From assembly GCA_965112735.1 (NCBI GenBank), contig OZ218956.1:2976001-3040000 (forward strand): 64,000 bases of DNA, in the 5' to 3' direction. Below, piece by piece: positions 38,765 to 52,544 of the stretch (its first letter is position 1; the number at the start of each line of letters is the position of its first letter). A program made the position numbers and the translations under genes. The notes under the pieces were generated by a model, which saw only the letters and a program-made list of their open reading frames with translations, searched no databases and was not told where the DNA came from. Source of the DNA: Phaeosaccion multiseriatum (lineage: Eukaryota; Protista; Ochrophyta, other classes).

Positions 38765-39156
38765 CGGGGGAGGGGAGGAAGACCAAGGGAGAGTTGTTAC
38801 AAGAGCTAAGTTGTACCTACAAGTCCGCGAAAAAACGTTGCTGTCAAGGTGCAAAGCTTGGCTTTCCTTTCCGCCCCATCTCGGCAACACTGCGCTCGGT
38901 CGGTAGAGTTGGGCCTATCTACATGGGGAGGAGAGGTGGCAGTCCTACTCAAGCTCTCAGCACTGAAGTCTGGCCGGGTTTTCGTACTTGGGGGTTGGGG
39001 TTTTTTACGTTACATGCGTAGTAAAATAGTTTAAAGGGGAAGGAGGAGAAAGAGGATATGAAACGCCTTCCCTTGACTTATTGCGTTTCCTATATTTTTT
39101 TTCTCCTCCCCTGTGCACTTTTTTTTTAACAGCGAAGGGGAGACTTGATTTGGGGG

Positions 39157-39561
39157 ATGACTCCCTTGGCCTTTGCCTCTCGGCAGGTGGTTGGAGGAGC
39201 AGCACGGAGGGCAGCTCCAAGGGCCTGTGGTTGTGAGCTGTGGCGGAGGTCCTTGTCTTCGTCCTCTTCGCCACCACCGCCAACCAAGTCCGCGGCGGAA
39301 GAACAGGAGGAGGAGAGGAGGAGGGAGAAGATTTTGTCGCGGTGGGGGGAGAGGGCGGTGGGCAAGCCGACCACCCCACCTGTAGCTGCGGCTAGGGTGA
39401 CCATTGCTCCAGCCAGCGGATCAGATGATGACGCCACCGCTGCTGCTGCTGCTACTGCCGCTGCGAAAGAGGTTGAGGAGGACACCCAGGACCACAACGA
39501 AATCTGGGGTGACTACATTTCGTACATGGAGCATCAGAGAAGCAAAGGGTGGAAAACTTGA
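39157..39561 (+). CDS. Small hypothetical protein with mitochondrial-presequence-like N-terminus
   Basis: Arg/Ala-rich leader ending WRRSLSS; conserved-looking tail EIWGDYISYMEHQRSKGWKT. Confidence 0.55.
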   Translation: MTPLAFASRQVVGGAARRAAPRACGCELWRRSLSSSSSPPPPTKSAAEEQEEERRREKILSRWGERAVGKPTTPPVAAARVTIAPASGSDDDATAAAAATAAAKEVEEDTQDHNEIWGDYISYMEHQRSKGWKT

Positions 39562-40020
39562 GGCCGAGTGGAAGGAGAATGGAAGAAGGGAAGGGAAGAA
39601 GGGAAGCCCCGCACGGAGCCACTGGCGCGGAGAGAAGAGGTGCGCGTGACGTGTGAAGAAGCAAAAGCAAGCGGACTTGGTTGCCCAAGGGGCTGAGTTG
39701 ATTGATTGGGTGGTAGCACCGCTTTGTCTGCTTTGCCCCTCTCTTTCTGCTCGTGTGGTATAAATATGGATAGATGTAGATATAACCTGAGTTTGCCCTC
39801 CCAGAGCGGGGGGTCTATTGAAAGAAAGCGATTCAGAAGGGCTTTGCCCTGCTCCTCTGTGTACAAATCGTGTGTACCAATACACCAGTCTTGGCGTTGG
39901 CTTTGGCTTTGACTCATTGAGTAGATTTTGGCAACGATTAAGAGAAATAGACAAAACATTTAAAACTTCCTCCCCTTCTATACAGTACTTGTAGCCTTGT
40001 GGGGGGGGACGGGCTGTCGC

Positions 40021-40027
40021 ATGTGTA

Positions 40028-40078
<51 letters not shown>

Positions 40079-40112
40079 TGTGTGCGTGCGTGTGTGTGTG
40101 TGTGTCTGCGTC

Positions 40113-40143
<31 letters not shown>

Positions 40144-40240
40144 GTGCGCGCGTGTGTGTCTGTGCTGTGTCTGTGGGTGTGTGTCTGTATGTGTCTGTGT
40201 GTGTTGTGTGTGTCCTTGTGTGTCTGTGTCTGCGCGTGTG
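40021..40240. repeat. (GT)n compound microsatellite
   Basis: Directly visible. Confidence 0.9.
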
Positions 40241-41481
40241 TGTCCCTGCCCACGTTTTTTTTCCGTGCGATACTACTATTGCAGAACACACTTGTCAGAG
40301 AGAGTGGAAAGGAAGCGGCCCATCCTTCCCTCGACGGCGCAACACTCAAGGAGGGAGTAAGGAAAAGGAGGGGAGGTGGTCCTAGAGGAGGTAGAAGTCG
40401 TGTTGAGGGGGGGTTGATGACCGCACACATTACCATCGGACACTACGCAAGCCCACCATCATCTTGGTCTGGAAGCTGTGGGGTGCGTGAGTGCGTGCGT
40501 GCGTGCGTGCGTGCGTGAGGACCGAAGCGTACTCACATCAATTCCATTAGGCAAAAGCTTTCTTCGCTGATGATCAGTAAATGTACAAAAAAAAGCAAAA
40601 AGAAAAAAAAAAAAAAGCACCATTGTAGTGGTGGTGGTGGAAGGGTTGAGGAGGAGGAGGATGGGTCTCTGGCAAACGCTGTACTTTTAGAAGTTACATA
40701 GTCACTGTACGACGCTGGAAATCTATGTGTGGTGGATCTAATACTCCCCACAAGCCAAAAACTCCTCCTGCCACTCTATTCGCTAGCCTCCCCCCCCCAC
40801 CCGCCCCATTACCCTCTGCGGCTCTGCCTGCGCGCACAGTCGGTCACTCGTCCTTTCTATAAAAAAATTGGCTGCTCTAATCCCCCCTCCACGCAGTAGC
40901 TCAACGTAGAGAGGGGCACTTCCTCTAGTGTATACATGGAACCACCACCTTGCCTCTGAACGAAGGTGTGAAGCATTCGGCGTGCAATCGAATGTACGTT
41001 CAAAAAATGCGTGTGCCATTCGGGCGTGGGACCGCCCCCCCCCCCCTCCCTTCCCCCTTTCTCCTCCTCCCCCCTCGAACCAAAAAACAAAACAGACAAA
41101 CTCTTTTCTTCGCTTCCACCCCCATCCATACCTCTAACCTCCTACTTACCAGCCAACCCTTCCTTCCGAATTTCGCCTCCATGTATGACAACTGTTTTGC
41201 CATATATACTCTTTCTGTGGCACAGCTCCAAAAAAGCACCCCACGCATAGAATATCTTGCGCATGTCCTGTGCGTCGCTGTCAAAAAAAAGAAAGGGCCC
41301 TTGGCTGCTGGATTCGATCGCTGCCCACCCCCCCCCCTCCCCCCCCCCTTCTACTTCCATTCTCTTGGGGCGGCAGCTTCCTACCCTTCCACTCCCCCTT
41401 TTCTCACCGCCACTTCCACTCCCTGCTCACCGCCCAACCAATCGCAGCAACGTCCACCCCCTAACCCCTCCCCTCCTCTCC

Positions 41482-41773
41482 TCAGTTGGGCGTACTCTGA
41501 CTCCGCATATCTCGCTCCCGATCCCTTCCGTCGGACCCAGCGCCTCCACCATGATAATGACCTCCTCCTCCTCCTCCACCACCACCCAACATGCCGCCCC
41601 CTCCCCCGGCAGGACTCATCACACCGCGACGCTGCTTGCTGCTGCTGGGGAAGGGCTCTGGCAAGCCCTTGTCTGGCCCGTCGGAGTGGAACAGCAGAGG
41701 GCGGTACTCCCCGTCCTTCTCCATGAGGGAGCTATTCTGGAAGCGATTCACCATGCTGGCCTTGCCCTGCGTG

Positions 41774-41815
<42 letters not shown>

Positions 41816-42073
41816 GTGTGCGTGTGTGTGTATGCGTGTGTGTATGTATGTGTATATGTGTGTGTATGTATGTGTGCGTGTGTGTGTGTATGTATGTGTA
41901 TGTGTGTGTATGGGTGCATTGAGTAAATCATGGTGAGTTAGTGCGTGCGTGCGTGACAAGCAAATGCCCTGAGAGGAATTCTAGTGGTGTGTAAGCATGC
42001 ACGGCAGAAGACTGTGATGTTGTATGACACAGTCAACAACCTTCAGGTATATTGAACGGCCACCCACGCCTTC

Positions 42074-42118
<45 letters not shown>

Positions 42119-43629
42119 TGTGTGTGTGTGTGTGTGGGTGTGTGTCCGTACCTGAATGCGGGCGTAGGAGATGGCGCACACCTTCTCGCTGTTAAAGTTG
42201 CTCCAGCGCTGTCCGTTGAGGCCTTGGAAGAAGGCAACAATGTGGTGATAGCTGATGAAGTTGATGAAGGCGTATCCCACGTTACACTTGTTCTTGAAGT
42301 CAATGGGCAGGTAGAAGAAGTCGTACTCCTGTGGAGGGGGAGGAGGAGGAAGAGGAGGAGGAGGAGGAGGATGGGAACGGCGGAAGAAAATCAATTTGGG
42401 GTTCAAGACGAAGGCCACAACTCCCAACCAACCCACCAACCCCCCCCCCCCCCCCTCCCACCACTCACCCCTTTATACTTTTGGTCGATCTCCGACAGCA
42501 GCATGGCCTGGGTGTACTTGTTGGGAATATTGCGAATCATGAGTGTTGTGCGCGTATCCCCTCCGCGATTCACCTTGTCCACATCCATGCCATACTCCCC
42601 AGCGGTCTCCGTGCCAACACTGCTACTACTCCCTGGCGTGTTGACAAAGCCAACCCCGGGCGACGGACCAACGCCGTGGCTGCCGCTGCTGCCCATGTCC
42701 ACACTCACCCCACGACTACGCATGTGAGGCATCGGAGCTCCACCACTTCGTTGCTGCTGCGGGTGCCCGTGACTGTGCTGGCTGTGGTGTGGATGCTGAT
42801 GTTGGCCGTGGTGTTGACCATGGTGCGGATGGTCCATCCTGATTTGAGAGTCGATCCAGCCTGCACTTGCGCCTTGGTAATCATCGTAGTCTCCTCCTCC
42901 ACGCCCTCCTACTCCCCCCCCTCGTCCACTTGCGGCATAGTCGTCATACCCTCCCCCTCCTCCTCCTCCTCCCCCTCCTCCTCCTCCTCCTCGTGAGCTT
43001 CCTCGCGAGCCCCCCCGTCCATGCATCTGCATCTGCTGCTGCATCTGCTGCTGCTCTTGCCGTGTGTAGAAACCGTCCCCCCCTGGGCCTCCTCGTCCTC
43101 CAAACTGGGGGTTGCCCCCAAAGCCGCCGCTGCTGCTGGGCCCAAAGCTGCTGCTGCTGGTCCCACCACTACCAAATCCGTTGGCCCCTGACCTCGTGGA
43201 GTAAGGCGCACTCACACTTCTCGAGGGCAAGCCGGCACTGTGACTAGCATGATCCATCTCGCGGTCGTGATATTGCCCAATGCCGTGAGCGCTGCTACTG
43301 CCATGACCGCTGCCGCCGCCGCCACTGGATCGTGGGTAGGGACCCTGGTGGTGCTGCATGTCGTGCTGCATTGCCAACTCCCTCAGCATCTCTTCCGTGG
43401 CGTACGCATGGCCACCACCACCACCACCACCACCACCACCACCACCACCACTACTACCACCACCACGGGATGATGGGCCTTTCCCTCCGTTCATTCGTCC
43501 GTTGTCGTCTTGTCGGGCGCTGCCCCCCGTGTAAGCGAGAGCAGCGTCGTGAGGCGTCACATCCACGAAGGTTCGGCCATTGACGGAGAACGATGCGCCG
43601 TGATGAGACCCGGCGAAGCGGTGCTGCTG

Positions 43630-43663
<34 letters not shown>

Positions 43664-45997
43664 GGCGGCGGCGGTGGAGGTGATCGCTGCAGGCGTTGTC
43701 TATCGAAGTCGTCATCCTCCAGCCCCTGTTGAGCGCGTCGCAGCTGGTGCTGCTGCTGATGCGGGTGCTGCTGCTGGTACATGAAGCCCGAGCGGGCAGC
43801 GGCGTCGTTGGGATGAGGATGGGATCGATGATACACGTCGTCAATCCTCCGACCACCGTGCGGCCCTACCACCATATCATTATTCGCGTCAATCAAGCCA
43901 TACTCTTCCTCCGCTCTCCCGCCACCACCGCCACCGACAGAGCCCTGCTGGTGCTGCTGCTGGAGGTGAGGGCGCGAGTGGCTTTCTCGATAGACCATCG
44001 CCGGAGCCCGAGGCCCATAGGACGCGAAGTATGGCTCCGCTGGCAGCACTGCTGATCCGTAGCCATTCGAATCTTGCCGCAGGCTGGGACTAGGCCCGTA
44101 GCCACTTGCATGCTGTTGTGGAAGAGGCGGAGAGTTGCTCAGGTCGTGGTCGTGGGGTCGTGCGGTGCCACCGACTCTCCCCAGACCGTTGCTCAAACTG
44201 TTGGTGCTGCTGTTGCTGCCGCTGCTGCCGCTGCTATTGCTGCCGCCGGTGGTGGCACCGCTCCTGTCCGCCTCCAGTGGCAACACCATGCTCCCCACAC
44301 AAGTCGCAGTCGAGGAGTGCGCTCGCCCCCGAGCTGGAGGGCCGCCCATAGGGAAGGTCGGAGTGGCGAGGGAGGGGTGTTGCTGCAACGCATTCCCCAG
44401 GTGCGCAGCCCTACACTCCTCTGCCTCCTTTGCCTGCAGCGCCTGGTGGTCTTGCTCCGACTTCCACTCAAGCAGCATGACCTGTGAGTGCGAGGGTGAG
44501 GAGTGTGAGGAGGAAAAAAGCAAGTGTCGGCCGTCATGTTAAAGGTTTGCTCTGTTTCTGAGCAACTCCCCCCCTCTTCTATACTTCTATCCACGTGTTA
44601 CTCGTCGCTCTGTTCTACACTGCACACACACACACACATATACATATCCACACACTCACTCACACATACACACACCCTCCTCTCCTCATTGAAGTCGACT
44701 TACGTGAAGATCTGCGCTGAGCTTCCTCTCCTTGACGGACAGATGCTGTGGCACCACTCTCGCCCCCTGCCATGGGATGCCCCCCTCCTTAATCCCCTTG
44801 ACCGCTGCCTTGGCGTGGTCCGCGTTGTTGTACTCCACCATGTGTGTATGCGTGTGTCTGCCGCCGTTGAGCAAGTGCTTCTGCTTCTGGATTCGCCGCA
44901 CACTATTTTTGTGCGTTTTGTTTCGTTTGGAAAGTCAGGGAAGGAGAACAGATGGGAGCGAGGTTCAGGAAGGAAGGGTGAGGATAAGGAGGAGGAGGAG
45001 GAGGAGGAGGAGGAGGAGGAGGAGGAGGAGCAAGAGGAGGAGGACCACATTAATATTCGGCAATGCCCTCGTTCATTGTGAACACAAAAGAGCCCCGCAA
45101 ACCACGCAAAGAAAGGCCAACAACACGCGCACACACCCTACTCACGATCCATGATGCCCGAAAAAGTCGATAAGATCATTGTCCGGAACGCCATCCGTTG
45201 CCATCTCCTCCGGCAGGTCGCACAGCATGAGTGTGTGTGGGCGGAAAACACTCAAACCGTACGCCAGGACAATGTATTCCACAGAGGGGGGCACACAGAG
45301 ATCGTCCTTCCACAGTTCTCCTCCTCCTCCTCCTCCTCCTCCTCCTGTTCGACCGTTGATGGTGAGGAGTGAAGTCTTGTCAGCAGCCTTCTTGAGCCTT
45401 GCGCTCGCCATGGTAATTTCGTTGGCAAGGTTCCTTTGGGCAGACACCGCGTGCCGGATATCGAAGTAGCCCACAAACATCACTCCATGCGAGTCCTGCG
45501 AGAGCACGGGTTGGTGGTACCGCATAAGAGAGTTAGACTGGAAGCGCCCTTGAGGTTCTCACTTCTATCCCCACCCTCCCCTCCCAAGCCTCAAGAGACA
45601 CACAATACACGCCACCCACCAAAACAAAAACAACGGGATACAATCCATTGCAACAACAACAACAACTCGCTCCCTTACAATGAACTCCGTGCTAAAGTAG
45701 TGGACAGCTCCGTGCTCGGCCACGAGGGGCTTGAGTTTTTCTCCGTCGTACCCCCTTATCCCGTTGATAAGCAACCCGCGGGCCTCGGTCGGGAGCAGGT
45801 ACGGCTTCATATCCATCATCACTTGCTGCGGATGGCCCGGGCGGCGCGGTGCTTTTGCTGTTGCGGGTGCTGATTCTTGTTGCAAAGGCGCCATTCCGAA
45901 GTCTCCGGGAGTTGGCCGGTTCCGCAGTGCCATTTGCTGCTGCTGCTGCTGGTGGTGGTGGTCTGTCACTCCCCTCCAATCGCCTCGACTGACTTTC

Positions 45998-46032
<35 letters not shown>

Positions 46033-47310
46033 AGGATACGCGAGAGTGGCAACCGCCGCTCCTCCTCCCCCTCCCATGCCGATACTGCTGTCAGCCGCTC
46101 CTCCTATACCGACCCCACCAGTGCTGGCGCTTCGAGCCCGCAGGCCGGGGGGGGCTGGCGGAGGCGGAGAGGCGAAGCTCAAGCTCGGCAGCGCCGCGGC
46201 CTTCGGGAAACTTGTACCGTCGTGTCCATACGCGACGCCGCCCGCACCCGGCCCTGCAACTGGGCCATCGTCGGCGTCTTCATCGAGACTCATGCCCACG
46301 CCCCCTCCTTCTTCGTCGTCGTCCCCGCCGCCGCTGCCACCCTCCTCGCCTCGCTCTGCTACTCTATTGCCAGCTGTGGTGGCCCAGGCCATTGTATCGC
46401 CGTGGATTTCGTCTGCCAAAAGGCTCCCACAGGTGTAGTGTAGCTGAACTAAGGACGGGGTCCGACCCGGAAGGTTGGCTTGCCCCCCTCCAGGAGCCAC
46501 ACTATTCCCTTGGCTTTGGCTCTGCTGCTGCTGCTGCTGCTGCTGCTGGTGGTGGTGGTGGTGGTGGGTCTGCTGGTGCTGCTGGTGCTGGTGCAGCTGT
46601 TCCAAACCCCGAGGCGATGGGCGGGTCTGGACGACGCCACCCTGTACGGGGGGGGCACCACCACCACCACCACCACCAACACCACTATCACCACCAACAT
46701 TCCCACCACCACTTTGCCTCTGCTGCTGCTGCTGCTCCTGCTCCACGGACTCTCGAGGTGAAGGTCGACTACATGGTGGAACATCGTGGTTACGGTGGTG
46801 CAGCAGCTCCTGCTCCACCAACTCTGTCAGGGGTGGCGGGGGCCGGCTCTGTACAACGTGTGACGGACCACCTTGCCTAATGGCACTCTGCAGCTGTCCC
46901 GCGGCCTCTGGGGAGTGACTGTTCTGCTGCTCTAGCTGTTGGTTCTCCCCACCCACACTGGAACTGCTAGAATTCTCCGTGCCGCAGCTGTCGCTGCTGC
47001 CACTGCTGCCACTGCTGCCACTCCCACTTCTACTGCAGCTTGGTCCGTCGCCCATCTCACCAGCTGCCCGGCATGCCGCGTCTGCATGGTCCTCACCATA
47101 GCCAACCGCCACTTTGGCCTCTCCCTTGAAGTTGTCTCCCAAGCTCAGCCCCTCCAACCCTCCCGTAGCCGCAGCCACAGAGGCATCGTCCTGCTGGGGC
47201 GGTGGGGGCTCACCACGGGCTTTGTTGGCCGCTGCAGGAAACCCGGGACCGAGCATCTGCAAGGTCTCCTGCCCTCGCTGCTGGTGCATCTCCCCAGCCT
47301 GTTGGACCAT
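41482..47310 (-). CDS. Mei2-like RNA-binding protein (degenerate RRM1/2 plus Mei2-type RRM3), multi-exon
   Basis: [20 protein letters not shown]; [23 protein letters not shown]; [18 protein letters not shown]|[15 protein letters not shown]; upstream [10 protein letters not shown]. Confidence 0.93.
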
Positions 47311-47962
47311 CGTTATCGGCTCGTGCCTTCCCTATTTTGAAACCCCCTCCTTATCCGCTTCCAGCGCTCTGCGTGCGCCTTGACGGACCTCCTCCAGTGG
47401 CCCCCCTCCACCCTCTGCCCGCGTGCTTCTTGTCAGGAGGAAGCTGCAGACCAACGTAGTCCTCCACGACCATCCTCTAGCAGTACGCCGAAAAGGAGTC
47501 TATACCCAGCGCAGCGTTTCTCCGGTACAATGAAGGCGTTTACCGTGTGCATGTGTGTGGGTCTCTGAAGCGAGGGCGGCTCTGCCTCACCCTTGTTTGT
47601 ATGTACAACTACACTACAACCCTACATATGTGCTGAAGAAGGGCCTTCAAGCGGGGCCGAGGAGGTGAAATCATGAGCCCCCGGGGGGACGCCACCTGAC
47701 CTCTACTTTTGACTTTAACATGCTCACACCAGCAAGAAGCACTCGAAGGCACGGCAGGTTATCGGTGGCTATCGCTGGCTCAGGACGACTTAAGGGGTAG
47801 CCTCTGTCGGGCCAGTCATTGGTTAGCAGTTGAAATTAAAATTGGAAGGAAAGAGCCGCCAAGGGGCGTGCAAATCTATTTTCAGTGTTGTGTGCAGTAA
47901 AGAGAGAGAAAGATTGAAGTAAGTCAGTTAGCAACCATCGGCTCTACACATGACCAAGACCC

Positions 47963-48901
47963 TCAATCCCTTTTGAGCACATGCATCTTCCAACTGAGGT
48001 GCCCGCTCCCGGACGGGCCCAACAGAGCCACAAGAGCGAGGGTGATCATCCAGCAGAGCCAGCCCAGCCACCACAACAGCTTCCAAGGGCCGCGTCCAGC
48101 AACAACGCCAACACTCCTCCGCCCTTCGTCCTTCGTCTCCTTTGGCTCCGCAGGGGGGGGCACAGACATTGCCGCATCGTCCTGTAGGGGCTGCTGTATC
48201 ACCAAGTGCTCCTCCTGCTGCTCCTCCTGCTGCTGCTGCTGCTGCTCACTTGCTCGGTGGTCCTCTTGCACAAGCGAGGACGGCGCCACTGTCCGTGGCC
48301 CTGACCCTGACTCTGACCCTGACCCTGCCGACGACGACGACGACGACGAGGAGAGGGAGGCGTGGGGCGTCCCCCTCTTCCCTCCCTCCAGGGGCCCTTC
48401 CTCCTCCTCGATCTCCTCCTCTTTCGCCTCTATTTCCTCCTCCTGGATCTCCCCCTTCCCCCCCTCCTCTATTTGCTCCTCCTCCTCCTCCTCCTCCTCC
48501 CTCTTCCTCTCTCCCTCCTCTACCTCCCCCGTCCCCTCTCCTTCCTGTGTCTCCCCGACCTGCCCCTCCTCCTCCTCCTCCTCCTCCTCCTCCTCCTCCT
48601 CCTCCTCCTCTACAGTAGGAAATGACCCCCCCCCCATCTCCCTCACCTCGGTGGGAAGAACACCAACATCAACAACTTGATCATCCTCACAGCAGCCCGT
48701 CCCTCCCCTGAACCCCTCTGGCACACCCCAGGGTGGAAACAAGGTCGGCAAAAAGCCGTCACCGCCGCCGTTGGTGCCGCCTTTCCCCTTCCCCTTCCCT
48801 TTGTTCCACACCCCGCAGGAGCAGGAGCAAGTGTAGCTTCCCTCCGTGTTCACACAAGTCGCTGCCGGACTGCACCTGTGGCGAAGGCACTCCACGGTGC
48901 A

Positions 48902-48940
<39 letters not shown>

Positions 48941-50989
48941 AGTACCCTCGCTGCCACCATCATAGCTCCTCCCCCCACTCCTACCACGCTGGTCTCCTCC
49001 GACGAGTTCGGAGGAGGTCTGCATCAGTGTATTGTAGACGGCCTCGGCTGAACGCCCTGCCTCTGCCTCTGACTCTGCCTCTGCCTCTGACTCAGGCTCA
49101 GCGCACTCGTTGTGGTCGAGAACGAGTACGTGGCGAGTGATGCGGGTGAAGGGGGGCTCTGTCCAAGGCGTCTCCATGGTGTAGTTGACGTGCGTTGCTC
49201 CCACCTGCCGCACACACGCGCCGAGAGGGGTGGCGTAGACTACCTGCACGCGCCGGGCCCAGTGCTCCCTGTGTGTGTGTTTGTGTGTGTGTCGCATGGA
49301 TAGATAGATGGATAGACGGATGGATGGATAGATGGATGGATGGCAGTAGATGGATGGATGGATGGATGGATGGATGAATGGCCGTGGATGGATGGATGGA
49401 TGGATGGATGGATGGGTGGATGGCAGTAGAAGGATGGATGAGGGATGGAGGAATGGATGGCATTAGACGGATGGATGGATGGATGAATGGCCGTGGATGG
49501 ATGGATGGATGGATGGATAGATGGCAGTAGATGGATGGATGGATGGATGGATGGATGGATGGATGGATGAATGAATGGCCGTGGATGGATGGATGGATGG
49601 ATGGACGGATATGTACAGGTTAGACAGATAGAGGGGAGGAGGACCAATGAGAGGGGGGTCGTTCTTGTTCGACATCGATCTCCTGTAGCACTTTTCAACG
49701 TCAATCTCTTGATTGGTGCCGGGTGGGTAACAAAGGGTCCAACAAACTCGGAAACAAAACTATCACCTGTTGTCGTCCAGGATGGCGACCCCGAGCTCAG
49801 AGTACGTGTCGCACTGCCTCAGCACAAGCGGAGAAGGCCCTACCAAAGACAGGCGGGGCAACGCACGATGCACGCAGGGGCCACTCTCACTCCTACTCCC
49901 ACTCCCTCGCGTGTAGCCCGCGTCGCATGTGCATACGTGGCGCGGACTGAGCTCATTCTTCCCGCCCTCCTGCTGGTGCGGCTGCTGCTCTCGCACTCCT
50001 CCTTCTCGCCGCGGTTGGCAGGAGGCGTGTGGACCGCACATTGCAATGTCGCAGATGGTGTCAGACGCTCCGCCATGCTCCTTCTCCTCGCCCTCGTCCC
50101 CGTCCCAAGCCCCGTCGTTAACGGTGCCATCACGCCCTCCTGCTCTCTCATTGGCCGTCACGTGGAATGAGGCGAGGAAGCAGAGGGACGGGTCCTGCTT
50201 CTCCTGCCCCCGTAGCTGCGGGTGGAGACAGACGGAGATCAAAAGCGGTGAGAGAGAGAGCATGTTTTAAAATGAATAAATCTGAAAGTACAGTCAGTAA
50301 AAGAGCGGGATGAAAAGAGAAAAGGAAGGCCCGTGGTCTGTGGTCACTGCGACGCGTACAAAAGCTCCTCCCCTCGACCGCGCAGTCTCAGCATCAGACT
50401 ACCATCATTCCATCATATGCTCCCGTTGGAACTTTTAATTGACACCTCACTCACCCCTGCGGGCAGGGCGGTAGCAGGGGCAAGCGTGACATAAGCCGCC
50501 ATGGAGTGCCTTCCGACTTGCTGGTGAGCTGAGCGCCCGTGATAGCTGTGAGGGACACAGAGTGGAGTGTGGAGTGGTGGGGGGGGTCGAGTGACGGTGG
50601 TGATAGCGTGAGCGAGGCAGAGCAGGCGCTCCCTCCCTCGATCTGTTCTCCGGGGGAGCGGACAACAAGCCCTTTTTATCTTCATACCTCAAATCGATCT
50701 GCTGTACGTCACCCACTTGCATGGCAAGGATCTTGCCCACAAATCTTGCGAGCAAGGCACTGACATCGGTCGGGGCGTCTTCAAGTTCCAGCTCTGTGCA
50801 CACCATCTTGCCTGGCAGTGTGTGATGATCGTCCTCCTCCCATCCCTCCCCTCTCAGAGCCCTGTGACGGGCACCAGCTGCTATTCGTGCGGGGAAGATG
50901 TAAAGGATTGTTAGAAGGGAGAGAAGAGAGGTATGGGGGAAGGCTGCGTGTTGTGTTTTTTCTCCAACATCCGCCGCTACACGTTTCAT
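47963..50989 (-). CDS. Type I membrane protein with EGF, Ig-like and calcium-binding EGF modules, multi-exon
   Basis: [12 protein letters not shown]...CTCDAGY; [24 protein letters not shown] (Ig-like); DHNEC...[18 protein letters not shown]; C-terminal [22 protein letters not shown]. Confidence 0.75.
49297..49606. repeat. (GGAT)n microsatellite, intronic
   Basis: Directly visible. Confidence 0.95.
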
Positions 50990-51195
50990 ATCTGTTCATA
51001 GTCGTGGCGCATAGAGACGTGGAGGGCTCTGAGCAGACGGGTAAGGCGAAAGGGTCGAGATTGGGAGGAGAGGGGAGAAAGGAGAAAGGAAGGAGAAAAG
51101 CAGTTGGTGCGGGGCTCTGTGAGTCGTACTACCAACACGCAACCATCATTTCCTCCTTTTTTTCTTTTTTTCAATCATCATTGCAATTTGTCACG

Positions 51196-51323
51196 ATGTC
51201 TCGAAAAAGCTTGGCGAAGCGCGCGCTGCCATGGGGAATCGGTAAGTAGATGAGTGAGTAGATGGTGTGAAAGAAGGAGGAAAGGCCCGTTCTCTTTCCC
51301 TCTCTCTCTCTTCTCCCTGTCTT

Positions 51324-51375
<52 letters not shown>

Positions 51376-51674
51376 TCTCTCTGTGTGTGTGTGTGTTTGC
51401 GTCTATCTGTCTCTCTCTCATTTAACCCCACCCTAAATTGCTGATAGCGCTGGTCGCTGTGGGGGCTTGGAGCTGGTGGGATGAGCGGGAGGCGAGAGAG
51501 AGAGCCTCCAAGTTTCTCGAGGACGATCGCCGGGAGTGGAACGAGGCCATTCTGGAGAAGGAGGAGATCGAGAAACGAAAGAAGAAGAACAAGGCTGAGA
51601 AGGCGGCGACGAGGGCCGCCAAAGCCGCTGCTGCTGCGAGGGACAGTGACGCTGGAGACGAGAAGAAGGCTTGA
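51196..51674 (+). CDS. Small single-pass membrane protein; exons 51196-51241, 51448-51674
   Basis: MSRKSLAKRALPWGI|ALVAVGAWSWWDEREARE... with a phase-compatible GT-AG intron and a charged helical tail. Confidence 0.65.
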
Positions 51675-52544
51675 GGAGGCAAGATGTTTTATGAAATTGT
51701 AATATAATGGGAACGCTGATCGTCGTTCCTCTTCCAGAACGAGGGCGCGAGCAGCAGCCACCATTAGAAAGGAAAATCCTCCTCCTGGGTCAGCAGCGGA
51801 GGCGGATACTGGGCCAGGCGAGGAAATTGGGTCCCCTCTTCATATTTTATAAAGGAGAGGGAGCAAGAAGTAAGGAGGGGTTAGGGTGGGCTGAGTGAGG
51901 GCTCTGATTTTTGGGTGGCAGCAGCTCGTTTATATATATACATAAAGATCCACAAGATCCACCCTTCTACAAAAGCTGAGGAACGCAGAGAGGAGTTTAT
52001 TTTTTAATTTTTTAACTAAAAAATTAATTAATTAATTAAAAAAAAAAAAAAAAAAGTTATTTGGCCCGATGGACAAGAGACAAAAAGCTTGCTTTCTCCA
52101 GGTCTTCAGAAAGTCAAGTCCCTCCCTCCCTCCTCCTCCTGCTGTTGCTGCTGCCCGTTCACCTCGGCGGGCCCCTGGTTGCACTTACAAAACCAGGTGT
52201 GCTCTCTCTCCCCCCCCTCGGTGCTCCGGCGTGTCTACTTATGCAGCCAGCCTCGAAGAAAGGCCTACATCGCTATCACAGCATAGCACAGCCCTGCTTC
52301 ACACCTCTCCCATACTCACGTACTCTGGTGCTTGTTCTCCTCGCCCTCGTCCTCTCCCCCTCCACACACCCACACCGGAAAAACAAAACACGTCTCCCAT
52401 CTCCTAGCGCTACCGTGGCGGCTGTGCTCCATCTCACGCACATGCACGTACGATACGCCCTTCAGGCTGCCGTCTCCCTCCATGTATCTACCGTGGCGGA
52501 TTGATTCATTCACAATTCTCACCAGCAGGGGTTTGTCTGTCTTT

